64,000 bases of DNA from an uncultured Thermoleophilia bacterium (GCA_963736635.1 CAVTPK010000011.1:1698011-1762010), one strand, 5' to 3'. Positions 46,276 through 57,456 are shown, counted from the first letter of the stretch. Notes: a model not told the origin generated them from the sequence alone. A program made the numbers and translations.

Positions 46276-47330
46276 CGCGCCCTCCCGAGTCCCCATGCCA
46301 GTGGTCCCTGCTCCCAGCCGCCCCCGAGCGTGACCGCGAGGTCGGTGTCGTCCGGCGCCGCGACCCCCTCCGCGACGCAGCGCGTGGCCTCGTCCACCGC
46401 CCCCCGGTAGTACCGCTCGGCCACGTCGCGCCCGGCGGCGTCGGCGCTCGCCGGGGGCGGCGCTCCGTCCAGGAAGCCCGCGCCGGTCTTGGCCCCGAGG
46501 CGCCCCTCGGCGACGAGGGCGGCCAGCTCGTCCCCGGCGGCGAAGCGGTCGCCGTAGGCCTCCTCCAGGTCGCGCTGGACGTGCAGGAGGGTGTCGAGCC
46601 CGATCAGGTCGCCCAGCGCGAAGGGACCCATCGGCGCCGGGCCCTCCTCCACCACCGCCGCGTTAACGGCGGCCCGGTCGGCGCCGATCTCGGCCGTGCG
46701 CCGGTAGGCCTCGGCCAGCGCCCGGATGACCACGCGGTTGACGAGGAAGCCCGGGCACTCGGCCACGCGCACCGGCGTCTTGCCGATGCGCGTCACCAGG
46801 TCCATGGCCGCCCGGACGGCCTCGGGCGAGGTGTCCTCCCCGGCGATCACCTCCACCAGGCGCATGACGCTGGCGGGGTTGAAGAAGTGCAGCCCCAGCA
46901 CCCGCTCGGGGCGGGCGGTCGCGCGGCCCATCTGGGTGATCGACAGGCCGGACGTGTTGGACGCCAGGACGGCGTCCTCGCGCGCGACCGCGTCGAGGCG
47001 CGCGAACACCTCGCGCTTGACCTCCATCACCTCGGTGGTGGCCTCGATGATCACGTCGCAGTCGGCCAGGTCCGCGTCGTCGGCCGCGGGCGCGATGCGC
47101 GCCAGGATCGCCTCGGCCTCCTCGGGCGTGAGCCGCCCGCGCGCCACCCGGCGGGCGCCGATGTCGCGCACGTGGGCGAGGCCCCGCTCGACCGCCGCCG
47201 CGTCGACGTCCCGCAGCGTGACGGCGAGGCCGGCGGCGCTCGCCACCTGGGCGATCTCGCTCCCCATCACGCCCGCGCCGACCACCCCGATCCGGTGCGC
47301 CTGCACACCCGCCCCCTCGGCCGTGAGCAT
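46272..47330 (-). CDS. 3-hydroxyacyl-CoA dehydrogenase family protein
   Basis: GAGVMGSEIA, SNTSGL, GLHFFNP, PGFLVNR, PMGPF..DLIGLD. Confidence 0.9.
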   Translation of the reverse strand: MLTAEGAGVQAHRIGVVGAGVMGSEIAQVASAAGLAVTLRDVDAAAVERGLAHVRDIGARRVARGRLTPEEAEAILARIAPAADDADLADCDVIIEATTEVMEVKREVFARLDAVAREDAVLASNTSGLSITQMGRATARPERVLGLHFFNPASVMRLVEVIAGEDTSPEAVRAAMDLVTRIGKTPVRVAECPGFLVNRVVIRALAEAYRRTAEIGADRAAVNAAVVEEGPAPMGPFALGDLIGLDTLLHVQRDLEEAYGDRFAAGDELAALVAEGRLGAKTGAGFLDGAPPPASADAAGRDVAERYYRGAVDEATRCVAEGVAAPDDTDLAVTLGGGWEQGPLAWGLGRAR

Positions 47331-47453
47331 TCCGCCGGTAGCCTGCCACGCCGCCGCCCCGGGCGCAGCGCGGGCCGGGCGCGACCCGCTGGTCGCCGCC
47401 CGCCCGCCGTCGTAGGCTCGACCCCAGGTCACTCATCGCTCCACGAGAGGAGG

Positions 47454-47912
47454 ATGACCATGGCACGCTGGACCGGAGACGACCGGGCCGGCGACGACGA
47501 CCGGCCCGAGTGGGAGCGCATGTGGACGGGCCTTCGCGACGGCGAGTTCCTCGGCCACGAGGAGGGCGTCCGCAAGCGGGGGCTCGTGAGCATCAACCGC
47601 GGCTGGCTCGCGCGCGGCGGCCTGCTGCGGCTGTACGCCGACCGCATCGAGTTCGAGCCCAACCCGCTCGAACGCCTCATGCTCGCGCGGCGGTGGACCC
47701 TGCCGTTCCGTGAGATCGCCCGGCTGGAGCGCCGTCCGGAGCGTCCGGACCAGGTCTCGCCCGTCGGCCAGACCCCCCGCATCCGCCTGCACACGGCCGA
47801 CGGGGCGCAGCTCGACGTCATCCCCGCCGGCGGCACCCTCGACGACTGGCTGGGCGCGATGCACCACGTGTGGGCCTGGCACCGCCGCAGCGAGGAGGAG
47901 CCCGCCGGCTAG
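47454..47912 (+). CDS. Hypothetical protein (PH/GRAM-like)
   Basis: RBS gagagg; GGLLRLYADRIEFEP. Confidence 0.6.
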   Translation: MTMARWTGDDRAGDDDRPEWERMWTGLRDGEFLGHEEGVRKRGLVSINRGWLARGGLLRLYADRIEFEPNPLERLMLARRWTLPFREIARLERRPERPDQVSPVGQTPRIRLHTADGAQLDVIPAGGTLDDWLGAMHHVWAWHRRSEEEPAG

Positions 47913-48000
47913 CGACGTCCGCGGACACTCGGGGTTTCTCCGCAGCGCGTGCCGCGGGCGGCCGGTTGCGCGGGCGCCCGCGCGGGTGCAGGGTGCCCGC

Positions 48001-49611
48001 ATGCGGCAGTCCCCGACCCCACGCCGGACCCGCCGCCGCGCCGGCGCGCTCGGCGCCGCCGCGCTGGCGGGCCTGGTCGTCTACGACCTCACCCAGCGCC
48101 GCCACGCGATCCTGCGCAACTTCCCGGTCGTGGGCCACCTGCGCTACCTGCTCGAGGCCTTCGGCCCGGAGCTGCGCCAGTACATCGTCACCGGCAACGA
48201 CGACGAGCGGCCCTTCTCGCGCAACCAGCGCCGCTGGATCTACGCGACGGCCAAGCGCCAGGACCCCCACTTCGGCTTCGGCTCGGACGTCGACTGGTCC
48301 CGCCACCCCGGGCACGTGCTGATCAACCCGGCGGCCTTCCCCCAGTCGCCGCCGCCCGGCGGCGATCACGTCGGCTGGCCGCTGCCCTGCGCCAAGGTGC
48401 TCGGGGCGCCCAACGGGCGCCGTCACGCGTTCCGCCCGGACTCGGTGGTGAACGTCTCGGGCATGAGCTTCGGCGCCCTGGGCGCCCACGCCGTGGAGGC
48501 CATGAACCGGGGCGCCCTCATCGCCGGCTGCCTGCACAACACGGGCGAGGGCGGCCTGAGCGACCATCACCGCCACGGCGCCGAGCTCGTCTTCCAGGTG
48601 GGCACGGGGTACTTCGGCTGCCGCGACGCGGCCGGCCGCTTCGACCTGGACGCGCTCGTGGCCCTGGTGCAGGCCAACCCGGTGCGGGCCATCGAGATCA
48701 AGCTCAGCCAGGGCGCCAAGCCCGGGGCCGGCGGGATGCTCCCGGCGGCGAAGGTCACGGCCGAGATCGCGGCCGCCCGGGGCGTCCCGCCCGGGCGCGA
48801 CTGCGTCAGCCCCCCCGGGCACTCGGCGTTCCACGGGGTGGCCGGCCTGGTGGAGTTCGTCGAGCGCCTGGCCGACGCCACCGGCCTGCCGGTGGGCATC
48901 AAGTCCGCCGTCGGCGATTCGCTCTTCTGGGACGAGCTCGCCACGCTGATGCGGCGCGAGGGCGCCGGGCCCGACTTCATCACCATCGACGGCGGGGAGG
49001 GCGGCACGGGCGCCGGCCCGCTGGTGTTCACCGACCACGTGGCCCTTCCCTTCCGCCTGGGCCTGGCCCGCGCCTACCGCCCGTTCGCGGAGGCCGGCGT
49101 CTCCGACCGCATCGTGTTCATCGGGTCGGGCCTGCTGGGCCTGCCGGCGAACGCCCTGCTCGCCTTCGCGATGGGCTGCGACATGGTCAACGTCGGCCGC
49201 GAGGCGATGCTCGCCGTCGGGTGCATCCAGGCGCAGCGGTGCCACACCGGGCGCTGTCCCACGGGCGTGACGACGCACTCGGCGTGGCTCCAGCGCGGGC
49301 TCGACCCGGTGCGCAGCGGGGACCGCCTGGCCAACTACGTCGCCGGCCTGCGCTCCGAGCTGGTGCGGCTGGCCCGCGCCTGCGGGAAGGTGCACCCCGC
49401 GCTGGTGGAATGCGACGCCCTCGAGCTGCTCGACGGGGTCAGCGCGCGTCCCGCGGCCGAGAGCTTCGGCTACCGGCCCGGCTGGGGACTGCCGGCCGAG
49501 GCCGACCGCGACGCGCTGGAGCGGCTCATGAAGGAGCTCGGCCGAGAGCCACCGGAGGCGGAGGCGCGAGAGGTGCCCACTCGGCGGGGTCAGCCTCCGT
49601 ACCTGCCCTGA
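48001..49611 (+). CDS. FMN-binding glutamate synthase family protein (stand-alone)
   Basis: SGMSFGAL, NTGEGG, EIKLSQGAKPG, DGGEGGTGA, CIQAQRCHTGRCP Fe-S motif. Confidence 0.92.
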   Translation: MRQSPTPRRTRRRAGALGAAALAGLVVYDLTQRRHAILRNFPVVGHLRYLLEAFGPELRQYIVTGNDDERPFSRNQRRWIYATAKRQDPHFGFGSDVDWSRHPGHVLINPAAFPQSPPPGGDHVGWPLPCAKVLGAPNGRRHAFRPDSVVNVSGMSFGALGAHAVEAMNRGALIAGCLHNTGEGGLSDHHRHGAELVFQVGTGYFGCRDAAGRFDLDALVALVQANPVRAIEIKLSQGAKPGAGGMLPAAKVTAEIAAARGVPPGRDCVSPPGHSAFHGVAGLVEFVERLADATGLPVGIKSAVGDSLFWDELATLMRREGAGPDFITIDGGEGGTGAGPLVFTDHVALPFRLGLARAYRPFAEAGVSDRIVFIGSGLLGLPANALLAFAMGCDMVNVGREAMLAVGCIQAQRCHTGRCPTGVTTHSAWLQRGLDPVRSGDRLANYVAGLRSELVRLARACGKVHPALVECDALELLDGVSARPAAESFGYRPGWGLPAEADRDALERLMKELGREPPEAEAREVPTRRGQPPYLP

Positions 49612-50636
49612 GGCGCGGCCCCACCAGCGCGAGCGCCGCCAGCCCGATCATCAGCGAGGTGCCGAGCGCGACGGCCTGCACGCCGAGGCTGAAGGCGATC
49701 GCGTCGCCGCTCGCGACCCCGTGGGCGAGGGCCAGCGCGGGCACCAGGATCAGCTCGCGGGCGCCCGCGCCGCCCGGCGCGCCGGGCACGGCGCCCGCCA
49801 GCACGATGACGCAGAAGGTGAGCCCGGCGGCCGTGAACGGGATCCCGAACGCGGCGAGCAGCGCGCCCAGGCTCACGATGCGGGCCAGCGCGGCGCCCAG
49901 TCCGAGCAGCGCGGCGCCGCCGGCGGCCCGGGGGTCCCGGAGCGCGCCGGCCCCGTCCGCGAGCGTGCTCGCGGTGCCGCGGATGCGGCGGGGAAGGTGA
50001 CGGCCCAGCCGCCCGATCCCCAGCAGCCGCCACGAGAGGGCGACCGCGAGCAGCACGCCCACGAAGCCCAGGGCCGTCCAGCGCAGGCCTCCGGCGGGGC
50101 CGGGCAGCGGCGTCGCGAAGGCGATGGCGATGACGACGACGGCCGTCACGACCGCGTCGATGGCCTTGTACGCGGCCAGGCCGCCCGTGATCCGGCACAT
50201 CCCGGCGCTGCGGCCCCCGGGGTGACGGCGCACCAGGCCCACGCGCACGCCCTCGCCGAGGCTGGCCGGCAGCAGCTCGCAGGCGCCGCGCGCGATCCAG
50301 TGCAGCCCCATCGCCGACCCCATGCCGATGCCGCCGACCCCGCCGGCGCTCTGGCAGCGGGCCCACATGAGGCCCGAGATCGTCTGGCCCACGGCGTAGG
50401 CGAGGATCCCGACGGCCAGGTAGCGCGGGTCGGCGCCGGCCAGCGCGTCGGCCACGGCGCCGCGGTCGATGCTCCTCAGGCCGACGATCGCGAGCGCCAA
50501 CACCGCGATGACGGCGACGCCGGTGAGGGCAAGGCGCCGCGACGGGAGCCGTCGGAGGACGGCGGGTGCGTGGGTGAGGTGGCGAGTCAGCGAGGAGAGA
50601 CCGGTGATCCGGCGCAGGCAACGGTAGCAGCGTCAC
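49526..50636 (-). CDS. Lysylphosphatidylglycerol synthase TM / flippase-like protein (5' frameshift; ends approximate)
   Basis: LPASLGEGVR, PGAPGGAG..E, many TM helices; RBS ggaaagga. Confidence 0.7.
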
Positions 50637-50709
50637 CTGAACGATTCCTTTCCATGGGTATCGGCCGCCGGGCTGGGCATCCGAGAGCCCGGAGTCGGAT
50701 AATCGGCCG

Positions 50710-51496
50710 ATGGGCTCGCTGCCACAGCGGTGGTCGGTGACGGCGTCCGGGCGGACGCGGTCCGCGGCCGGGCCCGTGTTCCCGGGCTGGTGGACCCTCA
50801 TGTGGCAGGCGGCGCTCGTCGCCGTGGCGGCCGCTCTGCTACTTCGGCGTCCGCGACCTGACCGAGGGCGCCCGGCAGACGGCGGAGGCCAACGCGCGCT
50901 CGGTGACCCGGCTGGAGGAGGCGCTCGGCCTCGACTGGGAGCGGGCGATGCAGGAGCAGGTGATCGACCACAGCCGCCTCGTGACCCTGGCGAACTGGGT
51001 CTACATGTACGGGCATTGGCCGGTGATCATCGTGACCCTCGCGTGGCTCTTCGTGCGCCACCCGCCCGACTTCTACCTGCTGCGCAACGCGATGTTCATC
51101 TCGGGCGCCATCGGCCTCGTGATCTTCGTGCTCTTCCCGGTCGCACCCCCGCGACTGGGGGTCCTGGAGATCGTCGACACGGTCACCCAGCGCTCCAACT
51201 CGTACCGCACCCTGCAGCCGCCCGGCCTGATCAACCGCTACGCGGCCGTGCCCAGCCTGCACTTCGGCTGGAACCTGCTCGTCGGGATCATGGTGTGGCG
51301 CGTGTCGCGCCTGCCGTGGCTGCGCGCCCTGGCCGTGGTGATGGTGGTGGCGATGGGGCTCGCCGTGGTGGTGACGGCCAACCACTACGTGGTCGACGTC
51401 CTGGCCGGCGCCGCCGTCGCGCTGGCCGGCCTCGGCCTGGCGATGCTGCTGCCGCGGGTGCGCCGCACCCCGGCGTGGGCCCTGCCCCGCGAGTGA
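50710..51496 (+). CDS. PAP2/AUR1-like phosphatase-phosphotransferase (frameshifted 5' part)
   Basis: PVAPPRL, YAAVPSLHFGW, TANHYVVD. Confidence 0.85.
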
Positions 51497-52140
51497 GCGT
51501 TCCGGGGGTCCTGGTGGCCCACCGCGCGGCGAACGCCCCGGACACGCTGCGGGCCGCCCAGGGGTGCGCCGACGTGGCGGAGGCCGACGTCCACCTGTTC
51601 CGCGGCCGCCTCGAGGTGCGCCACGCCAAGACGCTCGGCCCGCTGCCGGTGCTGTGGGAGAAGTGGTACCTGCTGGACCGCGACACGCCGCGGCCGCTGC
51701 TGGGGGACCTCCTGGCCGGGGCCGCCCCGCTCGCCAGCGACCTGATGCTGGACCTCAAGGGCCCCGACCCGCGCCTTCCGCGGGCGGTCGCGCGCGAGCT
51801 GGCCGGGTGGACGGGCGAGCGCCCGCTCATCGTGTGCGGGCGCATCTGGCGGACGGTCAACCGGCTGCGGGAGGGCGCCGACGTGCGGGCGCTGCACTCG
51901 GTGGGCAGCCCGCGCGAGCTGCGGGCGCTGCTGCGACGCTACGGCCCCGGCGCGCTGGAGGGCGTCTCGGTGGACCACCGCCTGCTGAGCCCGGCGGCGG
52001 TCGCGGCGCTGCGCGAGCGGGCCGACCTGGTGTGGGCGTGGATCGTCGACGACCCGGCGCGGGCGGAGCTGCTGTCGGGGTGGGGCGTCACCGGCTTCAT
52101 CAGCGACGCCCCCCGGGCGCTGCGCGACTGCGGCGGGTGA
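51493..52140 (+). CDS. Glycerophosphodiester phosphodiesterase family protein
   Basis: VAHR, EADV, RH, LDLK, W.VDD, GVTGFISD. Confidence 0.8.
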   Translation: MSVPGVLVAHRAANAPDTLRAAQGCADVAEADVHLFRGRLEVRHAKTLGPLPVLWEKWYLLDRDTPRPLLGDLLAGAAPLASDLMLDLKGPDPRLPRAVARELAGWTGERPLIVCGRIWRTVNRLREGADVRALHSVGSPRELRALLRRYGPGALEGVSVDHRLLSPAAVAALRERADLVWAWIVDDPARAELLSGWGVTGFISDAPRALRDCGG

Positions 52141-52213
52141 CCGCCGCCAGGTTTCACCCGGAGGCCACGCCGCTGTAACCGGGGCGGGCCGGGATGCTGG
52201 CAGCCTGGCGTCC

Positions 52214-54646
52214 GTGCGATCACCCGCGCCGGCCGCGCCCACCGGGGGCGCGCGCATCGACCTCCACCTCCACTCGCGGGCGTCGACCGACACCGGGAGC
52301 TGGTTCCTCAACCGGGCGGTGCTGCCGGAGTCGTACACCGAGCCGGCGCTCGCGTACGCCACCGCCAAGCGGCGCGGGATGGACCTGGTGGCGCTGACCG
52401 ACCACAACACGATCTCCGGCGCCCTGGAGATCGCGCACCACCCGGACGTGCTGATCGGCGTCGAGGTGACCGCGGCCTTCCCCGAGGACCGCGTCCCGGT
52501 GCACGTGCTGGTGTGGGGGGTCAACGAGCCCCGCTGGGCCGACATGGACCGCCTGCGCGACAACCTCTACGAGCTGCTCGACTACCTCGACGCGGCCGGG
52601 CTGCCGTGCGCGCTGGCCCACCCGCTCCACCGGGTCGGCGCCGAGCTGACCGCCGACCACGTCGAGCGCTGCCTGCTGCTCTTCCGCCTGTGGGAGGGCC
52701 GCAACGGATCGCGCCCGGCGGCCACCAACCAGGTGGCCGCGCGGATCGCCGCCTCGGCGCGCCCGGACCTGCTCGACCGCCTGGCCGACAAGCACGGCAT
52801 CAGCCCGCGCGGGCGCGGCGCCCCGGCGCTCACCGGCGGCAGCGACGACCACGGCGCCTTCGACATCGGCATGACCTGGACGGCGATGCCGGCGGTGCGG
52901 GGCCCGCGCGACGCGCTGGACCACCTGCGCGCCGGGCGCGTGGAGCCCGGCGGCCAGCACGGCGACCCGGCGGCCCTCGCGCACTCGGTGGGGTCGCTCG
53001 CCGCCAAGGCCTACCTCGAGCGCGGCACCGCCGCCGTGCCCGACCAGCTGCGCGGCCTGGTCGGCGACCTGCTCCAGTACCCCCTCCCGCCGGCCGCGGG
53101 GCCCGTGCCGCCGGGGGCGTCCGGCATCGCCCAGGACGTGCTGGGCCGCATCCGCGGCGACCGGCGGCTGGTGCGCCGCTACCGCAGGCTGTCGCGGATC
53201 CCCGAGGGCGGCGCGCGCAGCCACGCCCGCCTGCGCCTGGTGAGCGGCTGGCTGCACGAGGAGCTGGTGAGGCGGGCGCTCGACCCACGGGGGCTGAGCC
53301 TGGGCAGCGTCGGGCGCCGGCTGGAGGCGCTCGCCGGCGCCGGGGCGCTCGCCCTGCCGTACCTGCTGGCGGCGAACTACGCGCGCGGTGAGGTCCGGTA
53401 CGCCGAGGGGGTGGAGCGCGAGTTCTTCGGCCCGACGGTCGCGGCGCCGGGGCCGGTGCCCGCCGTGATGCTCACGGACACGTTCGCCGAGCTCAACGGC
53501 GTGGCGGGCACCATGCGCCGCCTGGCGGCGTTCGCGCGCGAGCACGAGGGCACCGGCATCAGCGTGATCACCTGCGGGGCGGGAGCGGACGACCCGCCGG
53601 TGCATCGCGACCTGACGCCGGTGGCCCGCCTGCCGGTGCCCGCCTACGGCGACGCGAGCTGGCGCCTGGGGGTCCCGTCGGTGATCGACGTCCTGGACGC
53701 CGTGGAGGCGACCGGGGCGCGCGTGGTGCACGCGGCCACCCCGGGGCCGATGGGCCTGGCCGGCCTGGTGGTGGCCCGCACCCTCGGCCTCCCCTTCGTG
53801 GCGAGCCACAACACCGAGCTCGCGCGGTACGCCCTGGAGCTGACCGGCGACCGGCTGGCCGCCCAGCTCGCCGACCGGGCGCTGCGCTGGTTCTACGGAC
53901 AGGCCGAGCGCGTCTACGTCCCGACCCGCGCCGCGGCGGAGGGCATCGTGGCGGCGGGCGTCGCGCCGGCGCGGGTGCGCACGTTCTCGCGCGGCACGGA
54001 CCGGGAACGCTTCGATCCCGCGCGGCGCTCGCGCGGCATGCGCCGCCGGCTGGGCGCGCCCCGGGGCACCATCCTGATCTACGTGGGGCGCCTGTCGCGC
54101 GAGAAGGGCCTCGGCGCGCTGGCGGAGGCCTTCCGGCGGGCGTCGGCCAGCCGCCCCGACCTGCACCTGGCGATCGTCGGCGACGGCCCGGCCCGGCGGG
54201 AGGTCGCCCGGGCCCTGGCGGGCACCCGCCACCGGTTGGTGGGCCCACTGCGCGGCGACGACCTGGCCGCGGCCTATGCCTCCGCCGACATCTTCTGCCT
54301 GCCCTCCGAGACCGAGACCTTCGGGCAGGTGGTCACCGAGGCCGCCGCCTCGGGCCTGCCGGCCGTCGTCGTCGACCGCGGGGGCGCCGCCGAGCAGGTG
54401 GATCACGGGGTCACCGGACTGGTGGCCGGCGCCGGCGACGTCGGTGCGCTGGCCGGAGCCATCGCCCTGCTGCACGACGTGCCCGCGATGCGGGAGGCGA
54501 TGGGCGCCGCCGCGCGCACGGCGGCGCTCGCGCGGCCGACGTGGGACGAGGTGTTCGCCGACCTGGCCGCCGGCTATCGCGACCTGGTGGACGAGGACGA
54601 CCTGGCCGCCCCCGCGCGGGTCGCCGTGACCCGCCCCGTCCCATGA
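52214..54646 (+). CDS. PHP phosphoesterase fused to GT4 glycosyltransferase
   Basis: DLHLHS, LTDHN, GVEV, AHP, GGSDDH; then TDTF..NGV, HAATPG, YVGRLSREKG, ETFGQVV.EA. Confidence 0.88.
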   Translation: MRSPAPAAPTGGARIDLHLHSRASTDTGSWFLNRAVLPESYTEPALAYATAKRRGMDLVALTDHNTISGALEIAHHPDVLIGVEVTAAFPEDRVPVHVLVWGVNEPRWADMDRLRDNLYELLDYLDAAGLPCALAHPLHRVGAELTADHVERCLLLFRLWEGRNGSRPAATNQVAARIAASARPDLLDRLADKHGISPRGRGAPALTGGSDDHGAFDIGMTWTAMPAVRGPRDALDHLRAGRVEPGGQHGDPAALAHSVGSLAAKAYLERGTAAVPDQLRGLVGDLLQYPLPPAAGPVPPGASGIAQDVLGRIRGDRRLVRRYRRLSRIPEGGARSHARLRLVSGWLHEELVRRALDPRGLSLGSVGRRLEALAGAGALALPYLLAANYARGEVRYAEGVEREFFGPTVAAPGPVPAVMLTDTFAELNGVAGTMRRLAAFAREHEGTGISVITCGAGADDPPVHRDLTPVARLPVPAYGDASWRLGVPSVIDVLDAVEATGARVVHAATPGPMGLAGLVVARTLGLPFVASHNTELARYALELTGDRLAAQLADRALRWFYGQAERVYVPTRAAAEGIVAAGVAPARVRTFSRGTDRERFDPARRSRGMRRRLGAPRGTILIYVGRLSREKGLGALAEAFRRASASRPDLHLAIVGDGPARREVARALAGTRHRLVGPLRGDDLAAAYASADIFCLPSETETFGQVVTEAAASGLPAVVVDRGGAAEQVDHGVTGLVAGAGDVGALAGAIALLHDVPAMREAMGAAARTAALARPTWDEVFADLAAGYRDLVDEDDLAAPARVAVTRPVP

Positions 54647-55759
54647 GGGTCGTCAACGTCACCCAGTGGTACTCGCCCGTCTCGGGCGGCATCCGCACGT
54701 ACCTGCGGGCCAAGGCCGCCTGGGCCGAGTCGGAGGGCCTGGAGCACGCCGCCGTCGTGACCGGCGCGCGCGCCGGCACCGAGACCGTCGCGTGCAGCCC
54801 CTTCGTGCGCGTCCGCGGGATGACGCCGTCCCGCCGCTGGGGCTACCGCGTGGCGCCCCGCGCCGACGCCGTGATCGCCGCCCTCGAGCGCCTCGAGCCC
54901 TCCGTGGTCGTGATCCACGACGCCCTCGCCTTCCCGCACGCCGTGGCCCGCTGGGCCGCCCGCCGCGCCGTCGGCGTGGCGATGGTGTGCCACTCCGACC
55001 TCGCGCTGGCCGGCGCCGGCCTGCCCCGGCTCCTGCGCCGGCCGGTGGGGGCGGCGCTCGGATCGGTGCAGCGCCGGGCGCTGACCGCTCCCGTCGACCG
55101 TGATCGTGGCCTCCGCCGCGTCGCGCGCCCGTCTCGCGCGCCTGGTGGGGACGCCCCTGGTGACCTCGCCGCTGGGCGTCAACCTCGAGGTCTTCGGCCG
55201 GGCGCGCCCGGACCCCGCGCTGCACGCGCGCCTCGCGCCGCCGGGCGGACGGCTGCTGCTGTACGCCGGGCGCGTGTCCAGCGAGAAGCGCGTCGACCTG
55301 CTGCCGCCGATGCTGGCGCGCCTGGACGCGTCGCACGTGCTGGCGGTGGCCGGCACGGGGGCGGCCATGCCCCAGCTGATGCGGGGGGCGCGGCGCCTGG
55401 GGGTGGACGGCCGCCTGGTGGCGCTCGGCCACGTGTCCGGCCGCTCGGACCTCGCGACCCTCATGGCGACAGCGGACTGCTTCGTGCACCCCAACCCCGA
55501 CGAGCCGTTCGGGCTGTGCCCGCTGGAGGCGCTGGCGGCGGGTTGCCGGGTGGTGGCGCCCGACGCCGCGGGCACCGCCGAGACCCTGGACGGCAGGGGG
55601 GCGGTGCTCGTGCCCCCGGGCGACCCGGACGCGCTGGCCGCCGGCGTGCGCCGGGCGCTGCGCCGGCCCCGGCCGCGGCCGGATCTGTCCTCGCTGTCGT
55701 GGGGCGAGACCTTCGCCCGCGAGTGGGCGGTCTACGGCATCCTGGCGAGGGCGGCGTGA
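54643..55759 (+). CDS. GT4 glycosyltransferase (frameshift near 55095)
   Basis: YSPVSGGIRTY, HSD, YAGRVSSEK, EPFGL..LEA. Confidence 0.85.
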
Positions 55760-56448
55760 AGCTCCTGGTGATCGCGATCCACGACGTCGCCCCCTCGACC
55801 CTGGCCGAGGCGGGGACCTGGCGCGCCCTCGCCGCCGGGCTCGTGCCCGCGCCCGTCAGCCTGCTCGTGGTTCCCCGGTACCACGGGCGCGAGTCGTGGC
55901 GGGCCGGGGCGGCCCGCGGCTGGCTGCGCGAGCAGGCCGAGCGGGGGGACGAGCTGGTGCTGCACGGCTACGCGCACATGCGGCCCGGCGGGCGCGACGG
56001 GCGCGAGCTGGCCGGCCGGCGCGCGGCCGAGATCGCCGGTCTGATCGACGACGGGCTGGAGGAGATGGCACGCTCGGGGATCGACACCGACGGCTTCATC
56101 GCGCCCTCGTACCTCCACCCGCCCGCGCTCGACGCCTGCTGCCGCGACGCCGGCATCGCCTGGTGGGCCACGCGCTGGACGCTGTCGTCGGCGCGGGGGC
56201 GGCGCGCGCTGCCGAGCCTCGGGCTGGGCGCCTCGACACCGGGACGGCGCGCGCTGTCGCCCGCCGCGGCGCGGGCCGCCGCCCGCCTGCTCGCGGCCGC
56301 GCCGGCGGTGCGCCTGGACCTCCACCCGGCCGACCTGCGCCACCCCCGCCTGGCGCGCGCCGGCCGGCAGCTGCTGGAGACGCTGCTGGAGCAGGGCCGC
56401 CACCCGGTCACCCACCGGGAGCTGGGCGAGGCGCCCCTGGCCGCCTGA
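55756..56448 (+). CDS. DUF2334 polysaccharide deacetylase-like protein
   Basis: IHDVAP, LLVVP, LHGYAH, GFIAP, LHPAD. Confidence 0.8.
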   Translation: MKLLVIAIHDVAPSTLAEAGTWRALAAGLVPAPVSLLVVPRYHGRESWRAGAARGWLREQAERGDELVLHGYAHMRPGGRDGRELAGRRAAEIAGLIDDGLEEMARSGIDTDGFIAPSYLHPPALDACCRDAGIAWWATRWTLSSARGRRALPSLGLGASTPGRRALSPAAARAAARLLAAAPAVRLDLHPADLRHPRLARAGRQLLETLLEQGRHPVTHRELGEAPLAA

Positions 56449-56471
56449 CCGCGACTACGATGTCGCGGCCC

Positions 56472-57416
56472 ATGTCCCGGATCGTCACGCTCACGCTCAA
56501 CCCCGCCCTGGATCTCGCGACCGAGGTCGAGCGCGTGGAGCGCGGCCCCAAGCTGCGGTGCGGGCCGGTGCGGCGCGAGTCCGGCGGCGGCGGGCTCAAC
56601 GTGTCGCGGGCGATCACCTCCCTGGGCGGCGACACCCTCGCGCTGCACGTCTCCGGCGGGGCGACGGGCGCGCTGGTGGAGGACCACCTGGCCGCCGAGG
56701 GCGTGGCCCAGCGGCGGCTGCCGATCGCCGGCATCACCCGCGAGAACCTCGCCGTCCGCGAGCGGGCGAGCGGCGAGCTCTACCGCTTCGTCATGCCGGG
56801 TCCCACGCTGAGCGAGGAGGAGTGGCGCGGGGCCCTGGACGCGACCGTGGCGGCGGCCGAGGGGCGCTACGTGGTCGCGAGCGGCAGCCTGCCGCCGGGG
56901 GTCCCGCCGGAGGTGTACGTCCTGCTGGCCCGCGCCCTCGCGGCCGGCGGGGTCCGCCTGCTGCTGGACACCAGCGGGCCGGCCCTCGGCGCCGCGGCGG
57001 GCGGCGGGGTCCACCTGGTCAAGATGAACTACCGCGAGTTCGACGAGCTGGCCGGCCGGGAGCAGACGGACCGCGAGCGGGAGGACCGGGCGCGGGGGAT
57101 CGTGGCCGGCGGCGGCGCGGAGGTCGTGATCGTCACGCTGGGCCCGGCCGGGGCGCTCGTGGTGGACGCGGACGGCGCGGTCAGGATCGCCGCGCCCACG
57201 GTGGCGTCGCCCGACAGCGCGGTGGGCGCCGGCGACAGCTTCATGGGCGGGCTCGCGCTGAGCCTCGACCGCGGGCTGCCGCTGGTGGAGGCCTGCACCG
57301 TCGGGGTGGCCTCGGCGGCGGCGGCCATGACGACGCCCGGCACCGAGCCGTGCCGCCGGGCGCAGGTCGAGCGGATGCTGGACGCGATGGGGGCGGGGGC
57401 GGGGCTCCTGGGCTGA
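56472..57416 (+). CDS. 1-phosphofructokinase/PfkB family hexose kinase
   Basis: TLTLNPALD, GGGGLNVSR, SGSLPPG, VGAGDSF. Confidence 0.9.
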   Translation: MSRIVTLTLNPALDLATEVERVERGPKLRCGPVRRESGGGGLNVSRAITSLGGDTLALHVSGGATGALVEDHLAAEGVAQRRLPIAGITRENLAVRERASGELYRFVMPGPTLSEEEWRGALDATVAAAEGRYVVASGSLPPGVPPEVYVLLARALAAGGVRLLLDTSGPALGAAAGGGVHLVKMNYREFDELAGREQTDREREDRARGIVAGGGAEVVIVTLGPAGALVVDADGAVRIAAPTVASPDSAVGAGDSFMGGLALSLDRGLPLVEACTVGVASAAAAMTTPGTEPCRRAQVERMLDAMGAGAGLLG

Positions 57417-57429
57417 GCGCGGCCGGCGC

Positions 57430-57456
57430 CGATGAGTCCCCCGGCGCCGGGCGGTC
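57430..57456 (+). promoter_or_regulatory. ECF sigma (SigG-like) promoter CGATGA-N18-GTC
   Basis: cgatgagtcccccggcgccgggcggtc. Confidence 0.5.
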
